From the NCBI GenBank assembly GCA_021776275.1, contig JAJFGH010000074.1, forward strand, positions 1-53,937: a DNA stretch of 53,937 bases, in the 5' to 3' direction. A program made the position numbers and the translations under genes. The first letter of the stretch is position 1, and the number at the start of each line of letters is the position of its first letter. Source of the DNA: Alphaproteobacteria bacterium (GTDB taxonomy: Bacteria; Pseudomonadota; Alphaproteobacteria; GCA-2746255). The notes below the pieces were generated by a model, which saw only the letters and a list, made by a program, of their open reading frames with translations, had not been told where the DNA came from and searched no databases. Below are positions 45,769 through 53,937 of the stretch, in pieces.

Positions 45769-46716
45769 TTACGCATCCTCCCCGTTTTCTTCGAGGACCG
45801 CCATCAACTCGCGCCATTCGCGGGCGCTTAGGCCCGTTTCTTCCTGGGTGGGTTTTTCTCCCGCCAACATGCGGCGAACGACGCGCATCCCCTCCGCCGA
45901 AAGATGAACGCCCCCCATGCGGTATTGCCGAAAGGCGGCATGGGTCATCGGCACCCAGTGCTTCAAAGTATCGAGAAGCACGTCCGCATAAACCCGGATT
46001 TCATACTGGGCATGGGGGTCCGCGCGCAGCGAGATGAAATGCATCAAATTGTGCAAATCGATCTTCCAATACCACTGGGTATAGAAATTCAAGGAAAGGT
46101 TCATCCGCGCAAGTTCCCGCGCCAAACCGGAACGGGTTGGGTCAAGCAAATTGCCTTCTTCGTCGGTATTCATCATTTCCGTGTAGTGCGCGTAGGCGCG
46201 CTCTGAATCTTCCCGCAACAATTGCTGGACCCGCGCCGCCTCCTCGCCTTCCAGAACGTCACCGCGGCCCTGACGGTTTGCTGAAGATTGTGTGCCGAGC
46301 TGTTCCGGCGTGGGGATATAGAACTCGCGGTCCAAAATGGAATATCGCGCGGAATATTCGTTCACGCTTGCCATGCGGTGACGGATCCACTGCCGGGCAA
46401 CGAAGATCGGCAGTTTTACATGGAATTTGATTTCGCACATTTCGAACGGTGTCGTGTGCCGGTGGCGCATCAGGTAGTTGATCAACCCCTGATCTTCGCG
46501 CGTCTTTTGCGTCCCCTTGCCATAAGAAACGCGGGCCGCCTGAACAATGGCGCCATCGTCTCCCATGTAATCGATAACACGGACAAAGCCGTGGTCGAGC
46601 AGGGGCACCGCCTGATAGAGGATCGCCTCCAACGCGGGCACGGTTACGCGGCAGGTCGGCTGCTGGTTTGCGCGAAGGTCGTCGATTTCCTGAAGCTGCT
46701 CGGGCGTAAGTGACAT
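45769..46716 (-). CDS. thyX: FAD-dependent thymidylate synthase ThyX
   Basis: RHRxxS signature ([16 protein letters not shown]). Start at MSLTPEQ (46716) after a GGAAGG ribosome-binding site. Confidence 0.92.
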   Translation of the reverse strand: MSLTPEQLQEIDDLRANQQPTCRVTVPALEAILYQAVPLLDHGFVRVIDYMGDDGAIVQAARVSYGKGTQKTREDQGLINYLMRHRHTTPFEMCEIKFHVKLPIFVARQWIRHRMASVNEYSARYSILDREFYIPTPEQLGTQSSANRQGRGDVLEGEEAARVQQLLREDSERAYAHYTEMMNTDEEGNLLDPTRSGLARELARMNLSLNFYTQWYWKIDLHNLMHFISLRADPHAQYEIRVYADVLLDTLKHWVPMTHAAFRQYRMGGVHLSAEGMRVVRRMLAGEKPTQEETGLSAREWRELMAVLEENGEDA

Positions 46717-46842
46717 TGGGCCTTCCACGCGTTCGTCCGGTCGGCACTTTAGCGCCTGGGTCCGGCCAAGGCCAGCGCTCCCGCGCGCGAAAATCCCCCC
46801 GGCCAACCTTTCCACCGCGCCCCGAAGTGCCTATATTAGAGG

Positions 46843-47150
46843 GGTCGGTTTTCCGGCTATGGCAATAAACGTTAAGTGAAATAGACGGTGCGGACCCGGG
46901 GGCAGTACCCGGCGCCTCCACCAAATTTACCTGCCCAATCGTCTTGGACGATGGGCGCTTTGGGGGCGAACTAGGATCGACGCACGTGATAAAGGCTTAA
47001 TTTTTGCTCGGTATGATACCACCGTTATCGGGTCGTTTTATAAGTGCCAATGACAACAATCGTTATGCACTCGCTGCTTAAGCATTAAGCAAGCGCGGTC
47101 CGGGGGGCACCGGGCAACAGAAGCCCCCCACCTGCCACCTGCGAAGCCGG
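46843..47150 (+). ncRNA. ssrA: Circularly permuted (two-piece) tmRNA gene ssrA; outer boundaries approximate
   Basis: The acceptor piece ends CCGGG-GGCAGTA-CCCGG-CGCCTCC-A-CCA at 46923. The coding piece starts GGGGGCGAACTAGGATCGACG at 46962. GGGGGCG/CGCCTCC form an acceptor stem with a G3.U70 pair. The tag ORF GCC AAT GAC AAC AAT CGT TAT GCA CTC GCT GCT TAA (47046-47081) encodes ANDNNRYALAA. Confidence 0.8.
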
Positions 47151-47159
47151 TATGGAACG

Positions 47160-47666
47160 ATGAGCGAAATGGATTACGACAAGCTGTTTGAAGATGCGCT
47201 GCGCAGCGTTGTGCAAACGGTTCTGACGCGCGTCATCAAAGAGGGCCTCCTTGGAGACCACCATTTTTATATTTCCTTCCAAACCAACCACGCCGGCGTT
47301 TCCATTCCGGACAGCCTGCGGGCCCGTTATCCGGACGAAATGACGATTGTCCTGCAAAATCAGTTTTGGGATTTGAAAGTGACGGACGAGCTGTTCGAAG
47401 TCACGCTCAGCTTCAACGACATGCAGGAACAAGTGGTCGTGCCTTTTAAGGCGATTACCAGCTTTGTCGATCCTTCCGTGCGCTTTGGCCTGCAATTTCG
47501 CGGCGGCAAAGAATCGGAAGGTGGCGCCATCCTTCCACAAGAAGGGATACCCCAGCCACGGCCCGAAACGGCCACCAAGGACAAGGGCGGCAAGGCCACA
47601 TCGGATCAAACCGAAGACGATACAACGGCGGAAGTCATCCCCCTCGATACCTTTCGCAAAAAATAG
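47160..47666 (+). CDS. sspB: ClpXP adaptor SspB (alphaproteobacterial type)
   Basis: 168 aa. DYDKLFEDALRSVV..., HHFYISFQT and VVVPFKAITSFVDPSV are typical of alpha-type SspB. Acidic C-terminal tail ending in a ClpX-binding-like LDTFRKK. Confidence 0.85.
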   Translation: MSEMDYDKLFEDALRSVVQTVLTRVIKEGLLGDHHFYISFQTNHAGVSIPDSLRARYPDEMTIVLQNQFWDLKVTDELFEVTLSFNDMQEQVVVPFKAITSFVDPSVRFGLQFRGGKESEGGAILPQEGIPQPRPETATKDKGGKATSDQTEDDTTAEVIPLDTFRKK

Positions 47667-47705
47667 CCTGCATGCGGCAACTCCAGACGAAATGAAATTC
47701 GTTCC

Positions 47706-48080
47706 GTGTCTACGACAACTGAATTTATCGACTATATCTTCGACCTGCTGAGACCGCTTGAGCCGCTTAACCGACGGCGCATGTTTGGGGGGCATTGCAT
47801 CTATAGGGATGGGCTGCCCTTCGCCATCATTTTTGACGACACGCTGTATTTGAAAGTGGACGATTCAAATCGTGAGGCTTTCGCGGCCCATGGTATTCAC
47901 GATTCCATTCGGGCTTTCGACAAGGACCCGAGCATGACGATTTCCTATTACGAGGTTCCGGCCGACATCATGGAAGACCGGGAGGAGCTGTGCGATTGGG
48001 CGCGCAAGGCATTTGAAGTGGCCCTCCGCGCAAAAAGCCCCAAGAAGGGGAAGCAAAAAACAGTCGCAGGGAAACCATGA
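47706..48080 (+). CDS. TfoX/Sxy N-terminal domain family protein
   Basis: 124 aa. RRMFGGHCIYRDGLPFAIIFDDTLYLKVD matches the TfoX_N pattern. Confidence 0.8.
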   Translation: MSTTTEFIDYIFDLLRPLEPLNRRRMFGGHCIYRDGLPFAIIFDDTLYLKVDDSNREAFAAHGIHDSIRAFDKDPSMTISYYEVPADIMEDREELCDWARKAFEVALRAKSPKKGKQKTVAGKP

Positions 48081-48340
48081 CGCCCCAGGAAACCCGCCGA
48101 ACAGACCTGATTCGCAAACGATCCGTGATTGTCGCCGGCCATCGGACGAGCGTCTCGCTAGAAGAGACGTTCTGGGAGGCGCTGTCCGAGATCGCCACCG
48201 CGCGCAGCATCTCGATCAACCACCTCGTCACGGAAATCGACCGCGAAAACCCGAACAATCTTTCAAGTGCGATTCGCGTTTATGTCCTGCAAACGTTCCG
48301 AGACCGCGCCCCGCGCGGGGCCGAACCCGGCCAGCCTTAA
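48077..48340 (+). CDS. Ribbon-helix-helix (RHH_4-type) domain protein
   Basis: 87 aa. RSVIVAGHRTSVSLEETFWEALSEIA...ISINHLVTEID is typical of this small conserved family. 4-nt overlap with the upstream gene. Confidence 0.75.
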   Translation: MTPQETRRTDLIRKRSVIVAGHRTSVSLEETFWEALSEIATARSISINHLVTEIDRENPNNLSSAIRVYVLQTFRDRAPRGAEPGQP

Positions 48341-51300
48341 AGGCCAAAGCCCTTCAAAAGATCTTGAATGACTTTTTCCGGCTTGGGCGCTTCTTCGCCG
48401 CCGCCCTCTTCCGCTGGCGCAGCGCCTTCCGGCGCCCTCGGCTCTTTAAACGGCAGCACCTTTTTCAACAAACTGCCAATGCCTTTTTTGACGAGGTGCT
48501 TTTGAAACTGTTTTGTATCGAAACGGCGATGGGGATTGTCCAATGGCCCCTTCATGAGAAGTGCGAAGACCGGCGCCCCCGGCTCGGAAGCGAGGTGGAA
48601 ATCGGTCCGCAGATCCATGTGCCAATTTGGCAAATCCACCTTCCCGGTAAGGTCCGCCGTGCCGGACTGTGCCTGCATATGCATGTCCTTTATTTGGGCA
48701 ACGCCGTTTGCGACCGGGATCGTGCCGCTTAAATTCTGAAACCGCGTCTCGCCGCCTGAAAGCGCCGTGTCCAGAAGCCCAAGAAAGGCCTCCGGCCGGT
48801 CCAAATTGTCCAACTTCTCGCTTACCGCGTCGAGATCGAAGCCCCGGACCGTCCCGTCTTTGACATGAAGCTTCGCCGCCCCGTTTAGCGCCGAAACAAG
48901 TGCATGCTCGCTGTTTCCGGACGTCTTCAGATCGAGATCAAAGTCCAGCGTGCCATCCCCGAGATCAAATCCCGAAGAAGCAAACAGCGCTTTCTTGATA
49001 TTGGCGTTCCTTACGACAAGCTTGCCGTTCGCCGTTGCCGGCGTGTGATCCGCAAGTTTTGCCGATGCATCAAAAGCGCCGTCGAATAAATTTCCGGATA
49101 GCTTGTTGAGATTAAGGACACCCTCTTTAAGCACGATGCCCATGCGCGGCTGTTCGACACGAATGTTGTCGTAGATGAGGGCGGCTGCCGAAAGATCGAT
49201 GTCCGCGTCGAGCAGCCGAAGGCCCGAAAGATCGAGCGGCGCCTTTGACCAATGGCCGCTGCCCTTGCCGCCTTGGGAAGGGGCCTGGGCCGCCTTTTTC
49301 TGGTCGGGCGCCGGCGACGAGGCGGCGGCACGGGACGGCGCGGGCAGGAAGCGATGCGCCGGGATTGCCCCCGATTCGAGCTTTGCCGTAATCACCGGCC
49401 GTGGCCCATCAAGCTTTGCGCCGATTTTTCCGGCAAGTTTTACCGGGCCAACTTGCCCATCCAGGCCGGAAAGGACGATGGATGTGGGCGTTCCCTGCAA
49501 TTGCGCCTTCAGATCCATCGCGCCCAATTTTGATTGCGGCCGATAATCGAAGACTTCCAGAAGCGTCGCCAGATTCGGGTAGGCAACGGCAAGACGAAGA
49601 TTGAAATCGGGTGCTTCCGGCAGATTGCCGATGTCCCCATTTGCACGAACGACCCCCTTTGCGGCACCAAGCTCGGCGTTGAGGTTCAAACGGTCCTGGG
49701 TACCGGCAAGACGCGCCTGCATGGTCGCGGGCCCAAGCTTCGCCACCGCCGCCGATGGCGCATCGCCGGTTAAACGAAACAACTGCCCCACGTCTCTCGA
49801 ACGCAGGTCCAGCTTGGCATCGAATTGTGGCGTGTCGGAAAATTTTCCGGCCTTGCCGGAAAGTTTTGCCTGAGTGCCGGCAAGGTCCTGAACGCTGGCT
49901 TCCCGAAGCGTCAACGCGCCATTCTCAAGCATGCCGCTTAAACGAATTCCGGAGATCGGCTGCTTTTGATAGGTAAGCCTGGAAAGCGCAAAGGAAAAAT
50001 CGGCATCGAAATCCTCCAGAACTTTCAGGCCGGAGGCGGCCCCTTTTTTCGGTTTTTCCTTTTCCTGTTTCGCCTCGGAACCAGCGGAAGGGGTTGCAGC
50101 CGCGCCTACGGTGGCATCCTTCTTTTCTTTTCCCAAATAGCTATCCAGGTTCAACTGGTTCATGGACAATTGGCCGCGTAAATTCGGACGGCCCGCAAAC
50201 GCTGCGGAAAGCATCCCCGTCAGCCGCGAATCATCGAGCTTGAGATCCAGTTTTTCGGCGGTTGCCCTTTCCGGGGTAATGGCGAGCTTCGCCGTCAACG
50301 CCGCCTCGCGCATGCGGCCCGCCGGCACATCCGCAAGGTCGACCCGTAACCAGTTAAAGAGGCTACGCAGATTTTTTGTACGGAAGTCCAAATCGCCTTC
50401 GAAACGCGGCGCGCCCTTCACCGCGGAAACAAAACCGAACATTGAAAGGCTGGCGCCGCCCGGCAATTGGGCCGCGGCCTGATCGAGCGCAAGCTCGCCA
50501 TCCGCAAGCGACGCATGGATGCGAGCCTCGCGTATTGCCGCGCCCTGAAAGATGATGGATTCGGCCGCCAGGTTGAAAGAACCGCTGAAATTTTTTGGAA
50601 AAGCGAAGACGGTTTTCTTCTTCTCTTTTTTTGTCCCCGAAGGACCCTCGCCCCCTGCTGGCGAAGCGGCCCCCTCTTCCTCGATTGTCTTGGCCGCTTT
50701 GGGCGCAGCTTCCCGCTGCATTGCCAACCACGCATCCAGGTCTATTTTCGAAGCCCGGATCGCCGTTTCGGCATGGATGGTTTCGCCAAGGCGCATTTTT
50801 ACGCTGCCATCGGCCGTAGCCCCTCCGAAACCGAGGGCAATTTCGCGAAGCTCGATGTTGCTGGAAGAACCGACGAACGACGATTGATAGGAAAATTCCT
50901 GCGCCAGCGCGCCCGGCAATGGCGCCGCCCCCGCCTCGGCGAACGCACCGATCAAACCTGCAAGATCTGCGCTTTTTGCCGTCAGGGTCCCGGTAAGCAC
51001 CCCCGTTGGATTGGGCGCCGAAAGCGTTCCGGAAAAGCCCAAGGTTGTATCCGCCTTCGGGACGCTAATTTCCAAATCAATCGGCGTCCCGGGCCCCTCG
51101 ACGAGGGCCCCCGCGCCCAACTCAAGGGAGACCGGCAAACCACGGACGATAAAATCACCGCCCACACGAAACGGCCCAACCAGGGATTCGGCATGAATGT
51201 CCGCATTTAATTTCTCGATACGCTCCAACGTTCCCGATTGTCCATCCCGGTAAACAAGCGTTCCGTTTTCAATCGTGAACCGATCCACCTGGATTGCCTG

Positions 51301-51795
51301 CGCAGCGCCACCGGCGTCCGTATCCGCCCCCGCTTGCTCCGCCGGCATTTCCGCGAGCGCCTTTGCCGTGTCGGCGATTTCCTCGCTTGCCGGCGGTGCG
51401 AATTCCCAATTCGCCCGGCCATCGGCGAGCCGCTCCAGCTCGATGACGGGATCAATCATCGCGATGCTTTCGATCTGAACGCGGCCCGTGAATAGCGGAA
51501 AGAGCGCAACGCGCACGCGAAGCGCTGCTAGCTGCACCATATCCGGGCTGGCAGCCCCCTCAAGGTTTGCAAGTTTTATTCGATGAACGGACAAGGCCGG
51601 CGTCGGCAGGATCGAAAGATCCATGTCTCCTTCGATCGTAAGCGTCCTGCCCGTTGCGGAACGCGCTTTGTCCGCGATCAGGTCCTTGTATTGATTCGCA
51701 TCAATAAAGCTCGGAACAATCAGCGCGAGAAAAAGCAGGAGGGAGACGGCGATGAGCGCGCCGTAAAGAATTCTGTTTTTACTTTTTTTATTCAT
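48337..51795 (-). CDS. AsmA family (AsmA-like, outer-membrane biogenesis/lipid transport) protein
   Basis: 1152 aa. N-terminal TM anchor followed by an AsmA N-domain (DANQYKDLIADKARSATGRTLTIEGDMDLSILPTPAL) and a long repetitive beta-rich body. Confidence 0.88.
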   Translation of the reverse strand: MNKKSKNRILYGALIAVSLLLFLALIVPSFIDANQYKDLIADKARSATGRTLTIEGDMDLSILPTPALSVHRIKLANLEGAASPDMVQLAALRVRVALFPLFTGRVQIESIAMIDPVIELERLADGRANWEFAPPASEEIADTAKALAEMPAEQAGADTDAGGAAQAIQVDRFTIENGTLVYRDGQSGTLERIEKLNADIHAESLVGPFRVGGDFIVRGLPVSLELGAGALVEGPGTPIDLEISVPKADTTLGFSGTLSAPNPTGVLTGTLTAKSADLAGLIGAFAEAGAAPLPGALAQEFSYQSSFVGSSSNIELREIALGFGGATADGSVKMRLGETIHAETAIRASKIDLDAWLAMQREAAPKAAKTIEEEGAASPAGGEGPSGTKKEKKKTVFAFPKNFSGSFNLAAESIIFQGAAIREARIHASLADGELALDQAAAQLPGGASLSMFGFVSAVKGAPRFEGDLDFRTKNLRSLFNWLRVDLADVPAGRMREAALTAKLAITPERATAEKLDLKLDDSRLTGMLSAAFAGRPNLRGQLSMNQLNLDSYLGKEKKDATVGAAATPSAGSEAKQEKEKPKKGAASGLKVLEDFDADFSFALSRLTYQKQPISGIRLSGMLENGALTLREASVQDLAGTQAKLSGKAGKFSDTPQFDAKLDLRSRDVGQLFRLTGDAPSAAVAKLGPATMQARLAGTQDRLNLNAELGAAKGVVRANGDIGNLPEAPDFNLRLAVAYPNLATLLEVFDYRPQSKLGAMDLKAQLQGTPTSIVLSGLDGQVGPVKLAGKIGAKLDGPRPVITAKLESGAIPAHRFLPAPSRAAASSPAPDQKKAAQAPSQGGKGSGHWSKAPLDLSGLRLLDADIDLSAAALIYDNIRVEQPRMGIVLKEGVLNLNKLSGNLFDGAFDASAKLADHTPATANGKLVVRNANIKKALFASSGFDLGDGTLDFDLDLKTSGNSEHALVSALNGAAKLHVKDGTVRGFDLDAVSEKLDNLDRPEAFLGLLDTALSGGETRFQNLSGTIPVANGVAQIKDMHMQAQSGTADLTGKVDLPNWHMDLRTDFHLASEPGAPVFALLMKGPLDNPHRRFDTKQFQKHLVKKGIGSLLKKVLPFKEPRAPEGAAPAEEGGGEEAPKPEKVIQDLLKGFGL

Positions 51796-51904
51796 AAGAC
51801 CTGAAGCTGCGATTTCAATGGGGGAACGGTGCCTTAATGCTTACACCAAAATGGTTTGGCTTTCGATCAAAGGTTCACCCGCGCGCCCTGGCCTTCTAGG
51901 GAAT

Positions 51905-52273
51905 CTAAGCGTTGCCAGCCGCCAAGGCAGCGTCAACGGCATCGCAAATCTCTTTCAGCGTAAAGGGCTTTGAGATGATCCGGTGAATTAAGACATTGAG
52001 ATTGTGTGCGCGTTGTTTTTCTGCCGCATAGCCGGTCATCAATACGATCGGCATGTTTGGGTTCTCTTTCGCGGTCTTCAGGGCCAGGGCGATGCCGTCC
52101 ATGCCCGGCATGAGAATGTCCGTCAACAGCAGGTCGTAAGATCCTGCCGCCAGCATATCGAGGGCAAGCAGGCCGTTTTCGACCGCCGTCACCTCGTGCC
52201 CGCCATGGGTCAGCGCGCGGGCAACGAATTGCCGTACAGATTCTTCATCTTCGGCTACAAGAACACGCGCCAT
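51905..52273 (-). CDS. cpdR: Single-domain response regulator, CpdR-like
   Basis: 122 aa. VLVAEDEESVRQFVARAL..., phospho-acceptor context LLLTDILMPGMDG, ...SKPF. Resembles Caulobacter CpdR as I remember it. Confidence 0.75.
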   Translation of the reverse strand: MARVLVAEDEESVRQFVARALTHGGHEVTAVENGLLALDMLAAGSYDLLLTDILMPGMDGIALALKTAKENPNMPIVLMTGYAAEKQRAHNLNVLIHRIISKPFTLKEICDAVDAALAAGNA

Positions 52274-52302
52274 TTTTTAACCGCTATGCAAAAAGCTAAT
52301 TT

Positions 52303-52953
52303 TTAGTCGCGCCCGGAAAAACCGATGGCCATTGCCTCGGCCGTTGAAGAAGGATTTTCGACTCTTGTTTCAAACGCAACACTCTCACCGGGAAGAAGAC
52401 GCATCTCCGTGGCGACAAAAAACCATTCGTAAACCGTTTTGCCCTCTGCATCCTGAAGCATTCCGGAAAGTTCGGGCACTTCTCGTACGTGCTGTGAGGT
52501 GTTCAAGACTTCTCCCGTTACGACCAGCCATTGATTTTCGCCTTCGGAAATGCGCCCAGATGCAACGCTGCGAATTTCCAAACCCGTTCCAGCAATCTCG
52601 GGCGCCAATCCCACCAACGCATAGAAACGTTCAACCGGAGGCCATGCCGCAATCGCCTGCTGACGCGCAAGCAACCCGATGGCGATGGTGCCCGTGACAA
52701 AAAGCAGCAGCGTCGCCCAGCCAAGCAGGTTCCGCCCACCCGGCGATGCGCGTCGGACGCTTGGAAGATTCGAACCGTCCGGAATGGCCCGTGGCTCGGA
52801 AGGGCGTGCGGCAAGCGGTTCCGTGGAGACATGGGAGGGTTCTTGATGCCAGACATGGCCACATTTCGCGCAGCGGACCTTGCGCCCAGCCGCACCAATG
52901 GCATGGGGGTCAACCAAGTAACGGGCGGCGCAACTGCTGCAGCTAAGAATCAT
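52303..52953 (-). CDS. MJ0042-type zinc-ribbon protein with a DUF3426-like C-terminal domain
   Basis: N-terminal CSSCAARYLV...RCAKCGHVW zinc ribbon, one TM helix, and a C-terminal beta-rich domain. Confidence 0.8.
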   Translation of the reverse strand: MILSCSSCAARYLVDPHAIGAAGRKVRCAKCGHVWHQEPSHVSTEPLAARPSEPRAIPDGSNLPSVRRASPGGRNLLGWATLLLFVTGTIAIGLLARQQAIAAWPPVERFYALVGLAPEIAGTGLEIRSVASGRISEGENQWLVVTGEVLNTSQHVREVPELSGMLQDAEGKTVYEWFFVATEMRLLPGESVAFETRVENPSSTAEAMAIGFSGRD

Positions 52954-53099
52954 CGAAAAATTACCCCGGGAAACTGGCTGATTTTATAGGCAGAGACAAG
53001 TTTGAATGGCAAGGGCCACGCAGGGCGCTGGACGCGGTTGAGCCCTCTATGCGATCCTATTTTGCCCGAATTTCCTAGCTTTTTGGAGACCGAACGAGC

Positions 53100-53819
53100 G
53101 TGGACACAACCCCGATAGTGCGACTCCAGAATATCGGCATGCGGTATGGCCCTGGAGAAGAAATTCTTAGCGACGTCTCGTTTGAATTGGCGGCCGGGTC
53201 TTTCCATTTTCTAACTGGCCCCAGCGGTGCCGGCAAATCAACCCTTTTGAAGCTGATGCACCTTGCCGAACGGCCGACGCGCGGCTGGATACGGATCTTT
53301 GGAAAAGACGTGACGACCTTGCCGCGCTCGGCGCTTCCGGCCCTGCGGCGGCGCATCGGCATTGTCTTTCAGGACTTTCGCCTCCTTAACCACCTTTCTA
53401 CCCTCGAAAACGTGGCCTTGCCCTTGCGCCTTGCCGGGGCGAAGAAGAAAGAAATCACCGAACATGTCACGGAGCTGCTCAAATGGGTTGGCCTTGCCGA
53501 CCAGATAAACGCACGCCCGCCAACGCTTTCGGGGGGACAGAAACAGCGCGTTGCCATTGCCCGGGCCGTTATCTCGCGGCCAAGCCTCTTGCTTGCCGAC
53601 GAACCGACCGGAAATGTCGATGAACAAAGCGCCATGCGCATTCTTCGTCTGTTTGAAGAGCTCAACAAAATTGGAACAACCGTCGTCATTGCCACCCACA
53701 ATGAATCGCTCGTCGGGCAATTTTCCTATCCGGCGCTTCGCCTTACGGATGGCAAGCTCATTTCTTGCCCGCAGGATGCCGCGCCCCCTGCAAGGGATGC
53801 CACACGGGAAATCGCTTAA
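53100..53819 (+). CDS. ftsE: Cell division ATP-binding protein FtsE
   Basis: Walker A GPSGAGKST, ABC signature LSGGQKQR, Walker B LLLADEP. Followed directly by ftsX. Confidence 0.93.
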   Translation: MDTTPIVRLQNIGMRYGPGEEILSDVSFELAAGSFHFLTGPSGAGKSTLLKLMHLAERPTRGWIRIFGKDVTTLPRSALPALRRRIGIVFQDFRLLNHLSTLENVALPLRLAGAKKKEITEHVTELLKWVGLADQINARPPTLSGGQKQRVAIARAVISRPSLLLADEPTGNVDEQSAMRILRLFEELNKIGTTVVIATHNESLVGQFSYPALRLTDGKLISCPQDAAPPARDATREIA

Positions 53820-53937
53820 ATGTTTTCAAGACCTGTCGAGCTTCAGTTTCGCCGCGACCCTTCGACGCGAACGCTGCCATGGATCATCGCCGTGATGGTT
53901 TTTTTGGCTGGCCTTGCGCTAAGCGGAGCTCTTTCCC
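53820..53937 (+). CDS. ftsX: Cell division permease-like protein FtsX (5' partial, runs off the window)
   Basis: ATG at 53820 immediately after the ftsE TAA. MFSRPVELQFRRDPSTRTLPWIIAVMVFLAGLAL... resembles alphaproteobacterial FtsX N-termini. Confidence 0.8.
   Translation, partial: MFSRPVELQFRRDPSTRTLPWIIAVMVFLAGLALSGALS

Noticed and set aside
47085-47795. 236-aa minus-strand ORF
   Set aside because: It overlaps the tmRNA 3' region and all of sspB, which has strong family motifs on the plus strand.

Overview
This is a high-GC (about 60-65%) chromosomal window from an alphaproteobacterium. The lineage call rests on a circularly permuted two-piece tmRNA next to an alpha-type sspB, a CpdR-like receiver, and mreBCD-mrdA-rodA, ilvIHC-leuA, hflKC-degP and ftsEX housekeeping blocks. 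The 5' third is accessory. It holds a complete pqqABCDE operon plus a cytochrome c, three paralogous cytochrome-P460-fold proteins (one heme-less, one carrying unusual NPC/GPC cysteine repeats), a GMC oxidoreductase with a Tat-signal subunit, an ArsM-like methyltransferase, and two convergent secreted caspase-family (C14) proteins, one fused to WD40 propellers.

The most interesting locus is a compact plus-strand operon at about 19.3-23.4 kb. It encodes a previously uncalled 48-aa secreted Cys peptide, a secreted 230-aa protein, and two tandem paralogous small peptides. These have signal-peptide-like N-termini and conserved Cys-containing C-termini ending in VTGVRG. They are followed by a B12-domain-like radical SAM enzyme with an atypical CX4CX2C motif, then a translationally coupled SDR epimerase/dehydratase and a strong terminator. 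I interpret this as a candidate undescribed RiPP-like peptide-modification system.

Immediately downstream is an AT-richer 2.6-kb islet bounded by the two halves of a disrupted tRNA-Lys(CUU). It carries a DUF5343-like/Swt1-like HEPN gene pair, a small membrane protein, and a replacement tRNA-Lys(CUU) interrupted by an Azoarcus-like group I intron. Many long ORFs in the track are antisense shadow ORFs typical of high-GC DNA and were not called.
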